From Octopus bimaculoides (Eukaryota), in the NCBI RefSeq assembly GCF_001194135.2, contig NC_068984.1, forward strand, positions 85,950,149 through 86,000,479: a stretch of 50,331 nt of DNA, written 5' to 3'. Position 1 is the stretch's first letter. The number at the start of each line of letters is the position of its first letter. The notes below the pieces were generated by a model. It was not told where the DNA came from. It worked only from the letters and a program-made list of their open reading frames with translations, and made no database searches. Of the stretch, positions 35,239-46,922 are shown piece after piece. The translations under genes were made by a program, and so were the position numbers.

Positions 35239-36429
35239 GGGATATATTGTTTGCTCATTTGCCCTTGAAGGTTAATCTGAGAATGTTCTGTGCAAAGCTG
35301 GTGGCATTGGACTCTGAATGATTTCATTTGTAGAACTGCTTTTTTTTTTTGTTTTGTATTTTTAAAAATTTATTTATATTATCTCTATTTTCATTCTTTT
35401 TGTTTTTGTTTTTGCTAATATTTCATCAGAAACCATCCCTAATTAGGTTGGCTTTGTACTAATATTTTGTTAAGTATTTTTTCTAACTTCTTTAAAAATA
35501 TTAATTTTTCTGCTTTTTAATTTTGATCTCAATATTCATTGAACCCATTCAATGTAGCAAAGTTTCTGCAAATATTTCAGTTCTAACAGCATTTCGTTTG
35601 GTCTTCCTTTAGCGGAGAGATTACTTTCGAGTTAGTTGGGATTTTTGTTGTTTCAATTGTGTGTTTGATTCTCTCTTATTTTTTTTTTCTTCATATTTTT
35701 CTTTTCTTTTATAATTTTGTTGTTTTTTTATCTTAATTTTTATCAGTATATTGATTATATTTTGGGGGGCATTTACATTTCAAATTTTAGTGTGAAATGA
35801 TGAAACTATTAAATAAGAGAATTTAAACGTCCTAAAATGATGATGACCTTTCTGAAAACTTATTATCTCAGGATTTATTAGTTGAGATTTTATTCTAAAA
35901 TGCTTTACTATATTAATCTAGTAGAGCTAATTCATTATTATTATTATTATTGTTATTAATTGCTTGTCATAATCTCCTTGCAAAAGGCGTGAATGTCTCA
36001 ATTTTCCTTGAAACAATTGTACCTTAAAAATCTGAAGCTTTATGCCTAAGTAAATAAAAACCCTCCTCATCATCATCATAATTATTATTATTATTGTGGC
36101 TAGTGTTGTGACATTGTGGCACGTTCTTGGCAACCAAATCAACAGATTTGGTTTCAATTCCTTATTGGAACTGCTTCACATAGCTAATGCCCATTAAGAA
36201 AGACATGCGTGCATATGTGTGTGTATGTATGTATATATATAAATTTATATTCCGGGCAAGTAAGTACACAGGCTTAGCCACATACTGAAAGAAGATGCCA
36301 AATGGCTCTAAACTACCTTGAAATCACAATAAACATATGCTGAACTTGGGGAAATAAATTAAAAAGATTCATGAAAAGGTTCAATTACATATCAATTGAT
36401 TTCAGGATTATGAGAAATATATCTATAGC

Positions 36430-36465
<36 letters not shown>

Positions 36466-36784
36466 AATATATGCACACACATACATGTCTTTCTCGATAA
36501 ATTTGTGACATCATGCCTAAGTAAGAAATTCTCATCATCACCATTATTTTTGACACAGTAATTGTTGTTGTCATTTATTATTATTATTAGGTTATTATCA
36601 TCATCATCACTATTCTCTATGTAAATCTGGAGTGAAAAATTGTGCTCAGCATAAATATATCAGTAAAACCACAATTGATATTTTTCTTTCTTTCAATTCT
36701 TCTTTCCCTGTTTTTCTATTTCAGATGTCAGTACATCACTACCTATCTGACCTAAACTCTTGGGTTAGTGATACTGTCTGTTAT

Positions 36785-37075
36785 TAACCAGCTGTGCCAC
36801 CAGATATATCTGGTGGATTACTTACGTGATATGTCAGCTGTGTAGACAGATGTGTGTGGTGGATCAGCAATACATTTAGGTGTCTGTAGTGGATCAGCTG
36901 GTACAGACAGTATACGTGATAGATTATCTGATGGATCATCTGTACAGACAGTGTATGTGATAAATTAACTGCGCAGGCAAGCATCAGTGACTGTATAGAG
37001 GGATGTTTATGGTCAGTCAGATATCTGTAATAGATGAATTGTGTATACTGATGTCTATGATGAATTAGCTGCACA
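36785..37075. repeat. Decayed minisatellite (GTCTGTAGTGGATCAGCTG-like units)
   Basis: Recurring GTGGATCAGC / TGTACAGACAG blocks. Confidence 0.55.
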
Positions 37076-37882
37076 AGAGAGCCACCCTCTACAGAGCTTT
37101 TAATGTTGGAATGCTATTTAAGTTGGTTTTGATTGAGTAGACATGTAATCAAAAATATACCAACCATGACCACACTGTCATTACTTTAGGCAGAATGTAT
37201 CTAAGACTACAGCTGATCATATATATATGTGTATGTATATAGTAAGTGAGAGCAGATAAGCTCCGTATAGATAACACAGTAATGCTCCATGCAAATATGT
37301 CTCAAACCTAACTGTGTTTATTTACTATCTTTCCCCACTTCTCATATATATGTATATTATATATACATCCACACACACACACACAAATAGATAGAGGGAC
37401 AGACGGCTGTGGAATAGTAAGATTTGAGGGATATTTAACTGAAATTTCTAGCAGGGCCAATCATTGTGTAGAGTCTCTTTCATTGACTCAGGAGCTGGAG
37501 TCTTTACTTTGGAATCAGTAGTGATAAATAGAATGAGAGAATCACCACTTTTTTTGTTAATCTTTTATCAAAGACTCAGTAGGATTTCTTTCCAGCAGGG
37601 TGAACTGAGAATTGTGGATTTAAAATATTCCACCTGTGTATGCATGCATATGTGTGGTTTGACTTTTCAGATCCAGTAAGTTATTGAAAGAAGTAACTCT
37701 GACTATCTTTTAAGTTAAGGAATGGAAGCTATCACCTGATCTAAATATAGCTATCCATCAAGTGGAGTCTTTGCATTAATTCTTTTAAAGTGGCTCAAGC
37801 TATAACCAAAAGACTTTTAACAGAGGTAGATTTTAGTTGAAACTGCTTAATTTCCCCACATGATAATGCATTCCTTCTCTTA

Positions 37883-38114
37883 TTTCCTTATTGCCCACAG
37901 GGGGATAAACATAGAGGGGACAAACAAGGACAGACAAAGGGATTAAGCCGATTACATCGACCCCAGTGCGTAACTGGTACTTAATTTATCGATCCCGAAA
38001 GGATGAAAGGCAAAGTCGACCTCGGCGGAATTTGAACTCAGAACGTAACAGCAGATGAAATACCGCTAAGCATTTCGCCCAGCATGCTAACGTTTCTGCC
38101 AGTTCACCACCTTT
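37883..38114 (-). mobile_element. Young SINE family B variant
   Basis: CpGs largely retained; 16-bp TSD TGCATTCCTTCTCTTA (37867-37882, 38115-38130). Confidence 0.9.
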
Positions 38115-39049
38115 TGCATTCCTTCTCTTACTACACCATTTCTCAGATTGTTACATCTGTCCTCTGATCATATATTCCACTGAGATAATCTATGTCCATA
38201 AAGATAACAATAATCAAACAGTCAGAATTGTCATCCGTTTATGGCTTAATGGTTTAGTCACACTTTTCTCCTATCATTTCTCAGGTGAATACAACCTGTC
38301 ATTAGCTTTGAGGAGAGAAGCTAGTGATCCTTGATCAATCTATAATAAAAGACAAAGCAAGTCAGTTCAATCCTCATTCCAAGCTACTGAAACCCTGCAG
38401 GTTAACTACAGCCTTATTCTGGCAAACTAAGGAGGGAGCCTCTACATGGTTGCTTGATCTACTACAAATCACAGTCACACCTCATATGAAAAAAAAATTT
38501 TTTTCTTTTCTTTTTTTTTTTCTTCTTTTGCTAAGTTTTTAATGGCCTGATATGAAGAAATGGCCTTTGTAAATCCTCTTGAACCAGTGGCATCAATGTA
38601 GTTAGTGCTCCTCTTAAATAAGTTATAACTGATCATCAATTTAAAGCCAAATAAGCAACTTGGGCTATGATAGCTTTTAATTAGCAGAAATTGTGTCAGG
38701 CAATCATTAGTTTACCTGTGTTGTCTTGATGGAGACAAATTTAGTCAATGTTGTGACAATCTACATATACCATTTGACAGTGAAGTAATTGGGTCCAGTG
38801 TAATGTACCCAGGACGTTGATAATAAAATACCAATGGTACCCAAGATGATTGTAGGTATCAAACTGTTGTAACCTTCTGTCATCAGAGCTACATAGAGTA
38901 TATAACACACTTCCACTTATTCTGCTGATTTGGGGCTTTACTGTAACCCTGGCATAGAGTACTAGAAATGTTAGCACTTACCTATAATGTTACTTTAATT
39001 CTCCATAGGGATTGTCCATATCACAGATTGACTCCAAAGAGTATCCTGT

Positions 39050-39330
39050 ACTGTACTCAAAAGTTTGTAGCTTCCAAAAAACATAAGCAGAGAGCTGATG
39101 TTCTGGAAACAGAAGACTGAGCATAATAATTAGTACCAAACCTGAGGAGCTGTTCACCAGATGAGTGGAGAGATAATTGAGACAAGAGCCCCTTAGTGGA
39201 GATGACACATGACCAGTAAGATCTAGAAGCAGAAGCTACTGTAGTGATGGTCGAAGTAAAGAAGACAATGCATTTGCAAGACAAAAATTGTTGGAGAGCA
39301 AATTCATGTTATACAGTTTGGTGACCTTTT
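39050..39330 (-). mobile_element. Old CR1/L2-group LINE 3' fragment
   Basis: RFGTNYYAQSSVSRTSAL resembles the RT C-terminal '..F.PRTS.LWN.LP' region. Confidence 0.5.
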
Positions 39331-39875
39331 ATTGCATTGATAATGCAGTTTCAAATGTTTCTATGTGCTGTACTCCATCATGGGTCTTGCCTGTGCTGAT
39401 AGAGAATTATAATTTTGGGCTGAAATATTCTGGAAGGAGTTCAATGCTCTGTTTAGTTGTGCAGTACTACTGGCAGGATACTCATTGAAAACTCTTCTGT
39501 AGTTGCTTTATTAAAGGCTAAGTTGACCATAGCAAGATTTGAACTCAAAATATAAAGAGTGAAGTAGGCAAATCTTGCCATGGTCAACTTAGCCTTTCAT
39601 CCTGCTATGTCAGTAAATTAAAGTATCATTCAAGTAGTAAAATTCAATTTATATTCCTACAAAGCTTCCAAGAATTATAATTCAAGACATCAACACCTCT
39701 CTCTTCAAGATTCTTATCTACATGTTTTGGAATAAATGGCAACCTACTCCCTTAAAACTTCCTTCAAAATAACCAACGATGTCTATTTATAAGCAATTAA
39801 TAGTTGAAACAATGAAGGAGTCTACCTTGCCATTCAGCCTGTCAAATACCCTCAAATCCCAGCATTCTACCTTAA

Positions 39876-40048
39876 CCCCTTCACTGTAGAAATCTGTCTT
39901 GTCCACTTGAAATTTCATTACTCTTAACTGGAAAGCAGTTTTATACACCAATCTGGCAGGCATGTCATATTTGGAACTTTTTTTTTTTGCAGATAAATTA
40001 ACATCATTACTGGAATAACCATGAAGTTTAATTTTTGAAGTTAAAGGG
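39876..40048. mobile_element. piggyBac-type MITE
   Basis: TTAA-CCCCTTCACT ... AGTTAAAGGG-TTAA. Confidence 0.6.
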
Positions 40049-40689
40049 TTAAAAAATAAAGGGTACATTGGATATACTTAAAAAAAAAAGATAGCTGGAA
40101 AGTTCATGGATGGAACATCTTCAATCATAGATCTGCTTGATCAGGGTTGACCAGAGACTAAATAAAAATGAGCTAAGAGACTTTTATGCAGTCACCCAAC
40201 CTTTAGAAAGAGCAACCAAATCTTATTCAAATCACATTTACCATCTTACAAATTTAAGGATACATTGGATAATCCAGGAATTGTTATAATTCTAAAAAAA
40301 AAAATTACTGTACAGTTGGAACCTCTTTTTGATAAAGGCTGACCTGATGCTAAACTAAAATGAGCCAATAATGAAGTCTTTATGCAGTCATTTGAGCTTC
40401 AGAAATAGCAGCCAAATCACACATCTTTATAAAAGAGGAAGAAAACTGGATAATGTGATAAATACACTATTACATTATCTGTGTGAGAAGTAAATGTGAT
40501 TACCTTTGATCATATAGGTATGCCTTTTACAGAGTCAACTTTTTTGCAAGCCATTTGGGCCAAACCTCTCTTTTAAGGATAATTTCCAACCTTCCGTAAG
40601 TTGCAGAGGCCCTCGAAAAAAGGGTCATATCTAGTGCTTTTCCTTCTCTGATTAAATCATTAAAAAAATATGTCATCAGCATTAGTGAG

Positions 40690-41535
40690 AACTGATGCAG
40701 GAGCTACAGACTTCCCGCATAGAGGGAAACTTGGAATTCTTGAGGGACAGCTTGCTGAGTGCCACAAACCAAATCTGTGGATGGTATAAAAGTCCCATCC
40801 AGACCTAGGGTAATTTGGTGGTAGTATGATGCAGTAGACAGGGCCATTAGAGCTAAGAAACAAGGCTGGAAGAACGGGGGTAGCAGGGAACTATATCTAA
40901 CCAAGGGAGAAGCAGAAAAGAAGTTTGCATAGGTTCAGCAACATGATGACCAAAGAACTGAAGGGTTTCAGATTGCAAGACAGTGTGAGAGAGAAACTTG
41001 TCATAGGAGAGACGTGTCTGTATGGATGATGGTGCACTTGCTTTTTGAATGAGAGGAGGAGAGTCTGCCAAATGTTGACCTAATTGAGGGATCCACTACC
41101 CGAATTGACAGTTCCGTAGTAGATAAAGCATCTAAGGATATGAAGACAGGAAAAGCCCCAAGACTCGTCAAGAATCACTGCTGAAATGCTTAAAATATAT
41201 GGTGGTGTGGGTTATGGCCTAGTCTCCTGTATTGTAAATCAGGTGGTTCACAAAGGAGTCATACCCAATGACTGGTGTAGTGGCACCATAGTCAACTGCC
41301 ACAAAGGTGAAGGTAATGTCTTAGAAATAATTACAGAGGTATCAAATTGCTGGATCAGGTGATAAAAGTTACAGAGAGAGTCATAGCCCAGCTAATTAGG
41401 GAAAAAGCTTAGATGAGATGCAGTTTGGTTTTGTGTCAGGTAAAAGCACCACTGATGCTATATTTTTGATAAGGCAGCTGCAGAAGAAATACATAGCCAA
41501 AGATAAACCTCTGTACTTGGCCTTTGTTGACTTGT
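40690..41535 (+). mobile_element. RTE LINE fragment (post-endonuclease region to RT N-terminus)
   Basis: LLSATNQICGW, GKAP, MQFGFVSGKSTTDAIFLIRQLQ...LYLAFVDL; degenerate. Confidence 0.88.
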
Positions 41536-41929
41536 TTATTATTTATATTAGGTCCACTATGAAATTTTTACTTACTCCTTTTCTGTCATCAAGCAATAGG
41601 GCCCTGTCTTTTCGCCTACTTACTTAAATTTGAGTCTTTACTAAGGTGGAGGCAATGAAGAATGCTCCACTAAGTAAGTAATGTTCATTGTTCATGAATG
41701 ATAGAAAACAAGAACTGAGAGAAAACTGATTATATAGGATGTTTTGGCAAAATGACAATCTCCATAAAAGGAATAGAAAAAAAAAATGACCATCCAGAAG
41801 TATAACAGTATCTGTTTCAACACACAATTTCACATCAGAAATCTTGCAAAACAAATTCATAAACGAATAGAAAACAATATCTCATCCAAAATTAAAAGTA
41901 CTAGATTATGACTGGGAGATAACAGTAAC

Positions 41930-42470
41930 TATGCGCTGCTTCCACCATGGCCTCACAATAGCTATGGAACCTGGTGCATGCATCCCTCACTGAGTCCCTA
42001 GGAACATCTTCAAACACCTCCTTGATCTTGTCCTTGGTGTTGCAGGCAGAGTGGTTGGTGTTTTTCTCAACTGCATGCCCCACACAGTAATCCATGGGAT
42101 TGCAATTGGGGGAATCAGGAGGCCAGAAAGTGGGGCTGGTGAAGTCATAGAAATTCTCTGATAATCACTACTGATGCTTTCCAGAGTACAGCAGGGAGCT
42201 TAATCCTGCTGCCACACATATGGTCTTCCAGCTAGGGTTTGACTACAATCTCCAGTAGCTTCATATAGTTGTCTGAACTGAGCCTAAGGCCCTGATCAAA
42301 GATGTGGGGCGGCATGACGTCACCCTCACTAGAGACACACCCAAAAACCATTGCAGTTTGAAGGGGACTTGGTTTTCAGAATGTCCATGTCATATCTTAC
42401 AGCCTTTGCAGAGCACTGAGCAGCCATCATGATGGCATTTTGATACCTAGCATAAATCATCATGATATAA
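41930..42470 (-). mobile_element. Tc1/mariner (maT-like) transposase relic
   Basis: GDVMPPHIFDQGLR, GRPYVWQQD.AP, FWPPDSPNCNPMDY catalytic-domain motifs; contains stops and frameshifts. Confidence 0.88.
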
Positions 42471-43899
42471 ATCAGTGCTCCACAACTTTTTTTTCACTTG
42501 TGGTATACTTCAAAATTCAGCAGCACAACTGAACTAAAAACATAACTAAAAGTATAGGGAAAAAAATTATGTTCAGGTTACTCTGCAACATACCAAGCAT
42601 CACCTCATGACATTCAAGTGTGTCATGGCATACTGGTTGCAGAGCAGATATAGATCACACTTTTCCAATATTCAGACAGCTTCCACTCCTCCACATCAGC
42701 TACCTTTTTCTCAACCACAACTTTTATCTTTAGGCTCTCCAATGCTGTTGATTGTTCATCAATACATCAAGCTTTGCCTGAAAAAAGGAGACATAAAAAT
42801 CAAACTTAGCCCAAACATCCTGTGCTTGATGGATGTTAAAACTGTATTATTTGGGAAGTACCTTGAACTGACAAGGCCTATACTTGTTGATGGATGTTAG
42901 CCCTTCAATTAAGACTGAGTGTGGTGTGTGAGAGAACCTTATGTGGGTGAAGTGTGTGCCATGCCTGCTAATACTAAGAAAACTATGGACTCAACCATCA
43001 CATGGAAAACATTACAATGCAAACAACAACCAAAAATAAACAGTGTACCTCTCCAAATGTAGACACAGCCAGACATCATCAAGATATTACTGTAGATCCA
43101 TTTCTAAGTGGTAGTAGGATATAAATGAAGACAGGAATTCAAGCTGTAGAAGTGGTATTATCATTATCCTTTTAATGCATGGATCAAATGAAATTCGTTG
43201 AGGCACGTTTTCCATGGCAGAATGCCCTTCCTATTGGCAACTTCACTTGTTTCAAAGCAAGGTAATATTTCCTCATGGCTGAGCATATTTTTCATGAAAG
43301 ATTGAAAATGCTAGTATGATGGTGACACTTATGTACTACTATACACTTGTGTACAATATGAAGACATAAAAACACATATCTATACACATGCAAATACAGA
43401 TACTTATACATACAGCAAGCTTCTTTCACTTTCTGTCTACCATATCAATACACAAGGCTTTAGTTAGCCAGGTGTTATAGTAAAAGATACCTACCCAAGA
43501 TGCCACATAATGGGACTGAACCTAAAAACATATGGTTGGGAAGCAAACTTCTAAACTCCACAGCCACATCCAATCATATAGTTGAAGAATATGATATCGG
43601 GGTTTGAGTCAAATAGATACTTCAAGCAGAGTTTAGTAGGTGAACACTTTCACTCTCAGTCAATGAGAAAGCCTCTTTACAGTCAATCAACCTGCAAGAA
43701 GCCAAACTCTCCATCAAATTGCACCCTTATTGTTTTACAAAGGAAGGACCCTTTGATGATAGGTTAACTTGATCGGGGCTAAATAAAACTTCAATCCTTT
43801 ACACCACTGAGTCATTACCACCTTGCCTTTGAGCATCTTTCATCTTCAGACGAAACTATAAATTGTGAGTGTATTACATATAGCCAAGGTATTACATAT

Positions 43900-44228
43900 G
43901 GTGAAGGTCAGTGGTTAGTGTTGAGCTCACAATCATGAGGTAGTGAGTTTGATTCCCAGGCCGAGCTACGTGCTGTGTTTTTGAGGAAGACACTTTATTT
44001 CACGTTGCTCCAGTTCACTCAGCTGTAGAAATGAGTTGCCACATCATTGGAGCGAAGATGGATTGGCATTTACCTTTCCCTTGGATAACATTGGTGACAT
44101 GGAGAGGGGAGGCTGGTATGTATGGATGACTGCTAGTCTTCCATAAATAACTTTGCCTAGACTTGTGCTTTGGAGGGTAACTTTCTAGGTGTGATCCCAT
44201 GGTCATTCATGACTGAAGGGGGTCTTTT
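43900..44228 (+). mobile_element. tRNA-headed SINE family E
   Basis: CAGTGGTTAG...GAGTTTGATTCCC head and a distinct 3' body. Confidence 0.72.
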
Positions 44229-44935
44229 ACATCATTACTGTTATTCCATGTTGGCAAAAACATTAGCAAGTCAGACAAAATACTTAGTGACATTTCTTCA
44301 GGGTTATTATGTTCTTAGTTCAAATTTAGCCAAGGTAGACATCCGTTTGGAGTCAATGTAATCAACTTACCGCTCCCATAAAAACTGTTGGCCTTGTACC
44401 ACAATTTGAAACCATTATTGTTGTTGCATTAATAATCGCATTAAGAGAATTTGTAAAAAAAAAACAAAATCAGACAGTATGCTAAGAATAACAGAAGGCA
44501 CAAAATACAAAGACAAATATTCGTTTTTAAGAACGAGATGGAGAAATCATTGGAGCACGCTGCAACTATTTCTAGCAGGGTGAGCAATTATACAGATATT
44601 TCTCTGTTGGCATATTTTAAAACTGTTTCTTCTCTCTGGCTCTTCTATTATCACAAGAACAATGGCTTCTGTTTCTCTGAGCGAATTTAGCTGCATATAC
44701 AGTAGGATTTCACATATGCAACATCGGTTGTTGTAAAACTCCGATCAACTGGAATTATCAAAACAGTTACTAAATATAAATTCTCTCTAGGAATGTTTGA
44801 AATCTAAAATATAAAGAAAACTTTAACAAAGTCAGTTGATTTGCAAGTTTTGGACACTATACAAATTGAAGTGTATACCCCATTTCACTTTGGGTCCACC
44901 CAACATATTAATCTTTCTTCCTCTTGTTAATTCTA

Positions 44936-45142
44936 CTGTATTTTCTGGCATATAAGTTGATGTAGTATGTAGTGTAAACATGTAATATTACCATTCAAAC
45001 ATCGTCACTATCTTTCCAAATCCTGATGCATTTCACATGGAAGTTTTGGTCATCCAAAGTTGTCTTGGTTTATAAGTTGACCTACCTTTTTTGACAGTAA
45101 ATTTTGGTCTGAAAATTTGAACTTGTATGCCAGAAAATATGG
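44936..45142. mobile_element. pogo/Tigger-type MITE
   Basis: TA TSD; CTGTATTTTCTGGCATATAAGTT / AACTTGTATGCCAGAAAATATGG TIRs. Confidence 0.75.
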
Positions 45143-45552
45143 TAGTAGGGAAAAACTTCTAGGGGTGTTTAAAATCTAAAATACAAGGAAGAGAACTCAG
45201 TTGATTGAAAAGTTTGGACATGATAGACAATTCAAATTGGAGTGGATACTCCATTTCTCTTTGGGCTCACCCAAAATATCAGTTTTCCTTCCTCTTGTTA
45301 ATTCTAACTGCATCTCATCTCTCATATCTTACGCTAAACCTTTTGCACAGTATTCCTTCCCTGAACAGCATTCTTCTACAATCCCATCCCTTGCCTTTAT
45401 CAATCTATAGAAATTCTAGTTAAACACCAACTACATTATCACATCAGTATCAGAATGTCTGAAAAGGAGGATGCCCTCCTACTACTGAAATAATTCAAAC
45501 AAAAATAACTGATATTCAATGTTGCTGTTTAACTTTAGTTTACCCCTGATTG

Positions 45553-45927
45553 GTGGAGACGCAATGGCCCAGTGGTTAGGGCAGCGGACTCGCGGTTTCG
45601 ATTCCCAGACTGGGCGTTGTGAGTGTTTATTGAGCGAAAACACCTAAAAGCTCCACAAGGCTCCGGCAGGGGATGGTGGCGAACCCTGCTGTACTCTTTC
45701 ACCACAACTTTCTCTCACTCTTACTTCCTGTTTCTGTTGTTCCTGTAATTCAAAGGGTTGGCCTTGTCACACTGTGTCACGCTGAATATCCCCGAGAACT
45801 ACGTTAAGGGTACACGTGTCTGTGGAGTGCTCAGCCACTTGCAGGTTAATTTCACGAGCAGGCTGTTCCGTTGATTGGATCAACTGGAACCCTCATCGTT
45901 GTAACCGACGGAGTGCAAGCAACAACA
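45553..45927 (+). mobile_element. Full-length SINE family A
   Basis: Same family; 11-bp TSD ACCCCTGATTG (45542-45552, 45928-45938). Confidence 0.92.
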
Positions 45928-46883
45928 ACCCCTGATTGAATAAACTTACAATCAAATGTATCCCAACTATGACCATTCGGTTCTTTATTCTGACATTATA
46001 TTTTTAACCTTGCATGTTGACCAAAAGAGATGGATTTATACTAGCACAGAAAAGTGGACATCAAACCAATGATTGATGGTTATAACCAATAAGTGCTCAT
46101 CTTAAAAAAGTAGAATAATATGGAGGATATTTGGCAGCTATTTCTAGCAGTGTGAACAATTATACAGATATTTCTCTGTTGGCATATTTTAAAATGGAGA
46201 ATAGCACTTTGTTCAAATATTTTCATGATTTTATTTCAATTTGAAACAGTGTATAAGATTTTTCCAGCTCAAAGCAAAATGAAAGAAACTTGCAGATGTC
46301 TGAAGGTAATATGTAAAACTTTGATTATAGACTTTCTCTAATAGAACTAAACATACGTTTTTAATTAATGGTCTTCTAATTGTTAAAAAAATACAGGAGA
46401 TACATCAATTCTAGGTGAAATCTTTTTATGGAATCAAGCAGACCTAACAAGCCATATTGCAAATTGATTTTAGAAAGAACCAAAAATGGGTCATTATATA
46501 CATATACATGCACTCACATATATATACACATACACACATATACATACATACTTCCATTTATCCATTTACTAGTTTCAGTCATTCACCTGTAGTCTCGCTG
46601 GGGCACCAAATACACACACATTCACATATATATTTGTGCATGTATTACACACATACTCACTCTTGTGCGCATGCACACACACATACACCAACACATGTAT
46701 ATAAACATACAAACGTTTGTTGAAATAACTGTACACATGATAAACAATGTGATGTATGTTATATATTGAAGGATGAATATCTGTTTTTAATGTTTTATAC
46801 TGTAACAATTTTATCATTGAGTGAAATGTTTCTATATCCCCAACCCCCACACCATTTTTTTTTTGTCAAACACAGCCTTACTT

Positions 46884-46889
46884 TTTATT
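46884..46889 (-). terminator. Candidate poly(A) signal of the - strand gene
   Basis: AATAAA on the - strand about 35 nt after the stop codon. Confidence 0.5.
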
Positions 46890-46922
46890 CTAATAGAACT
46901 CTGAGTAATTACAACATGAGTT

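Noticed and set aside
37659-37715. Duplicate of the FBXO9 last-exon acceptor (CAGATCCAGTAA)
   Set aside because: Only a 12-nt match with a weak pyrimidine tract and no downstream homology; probably chance.
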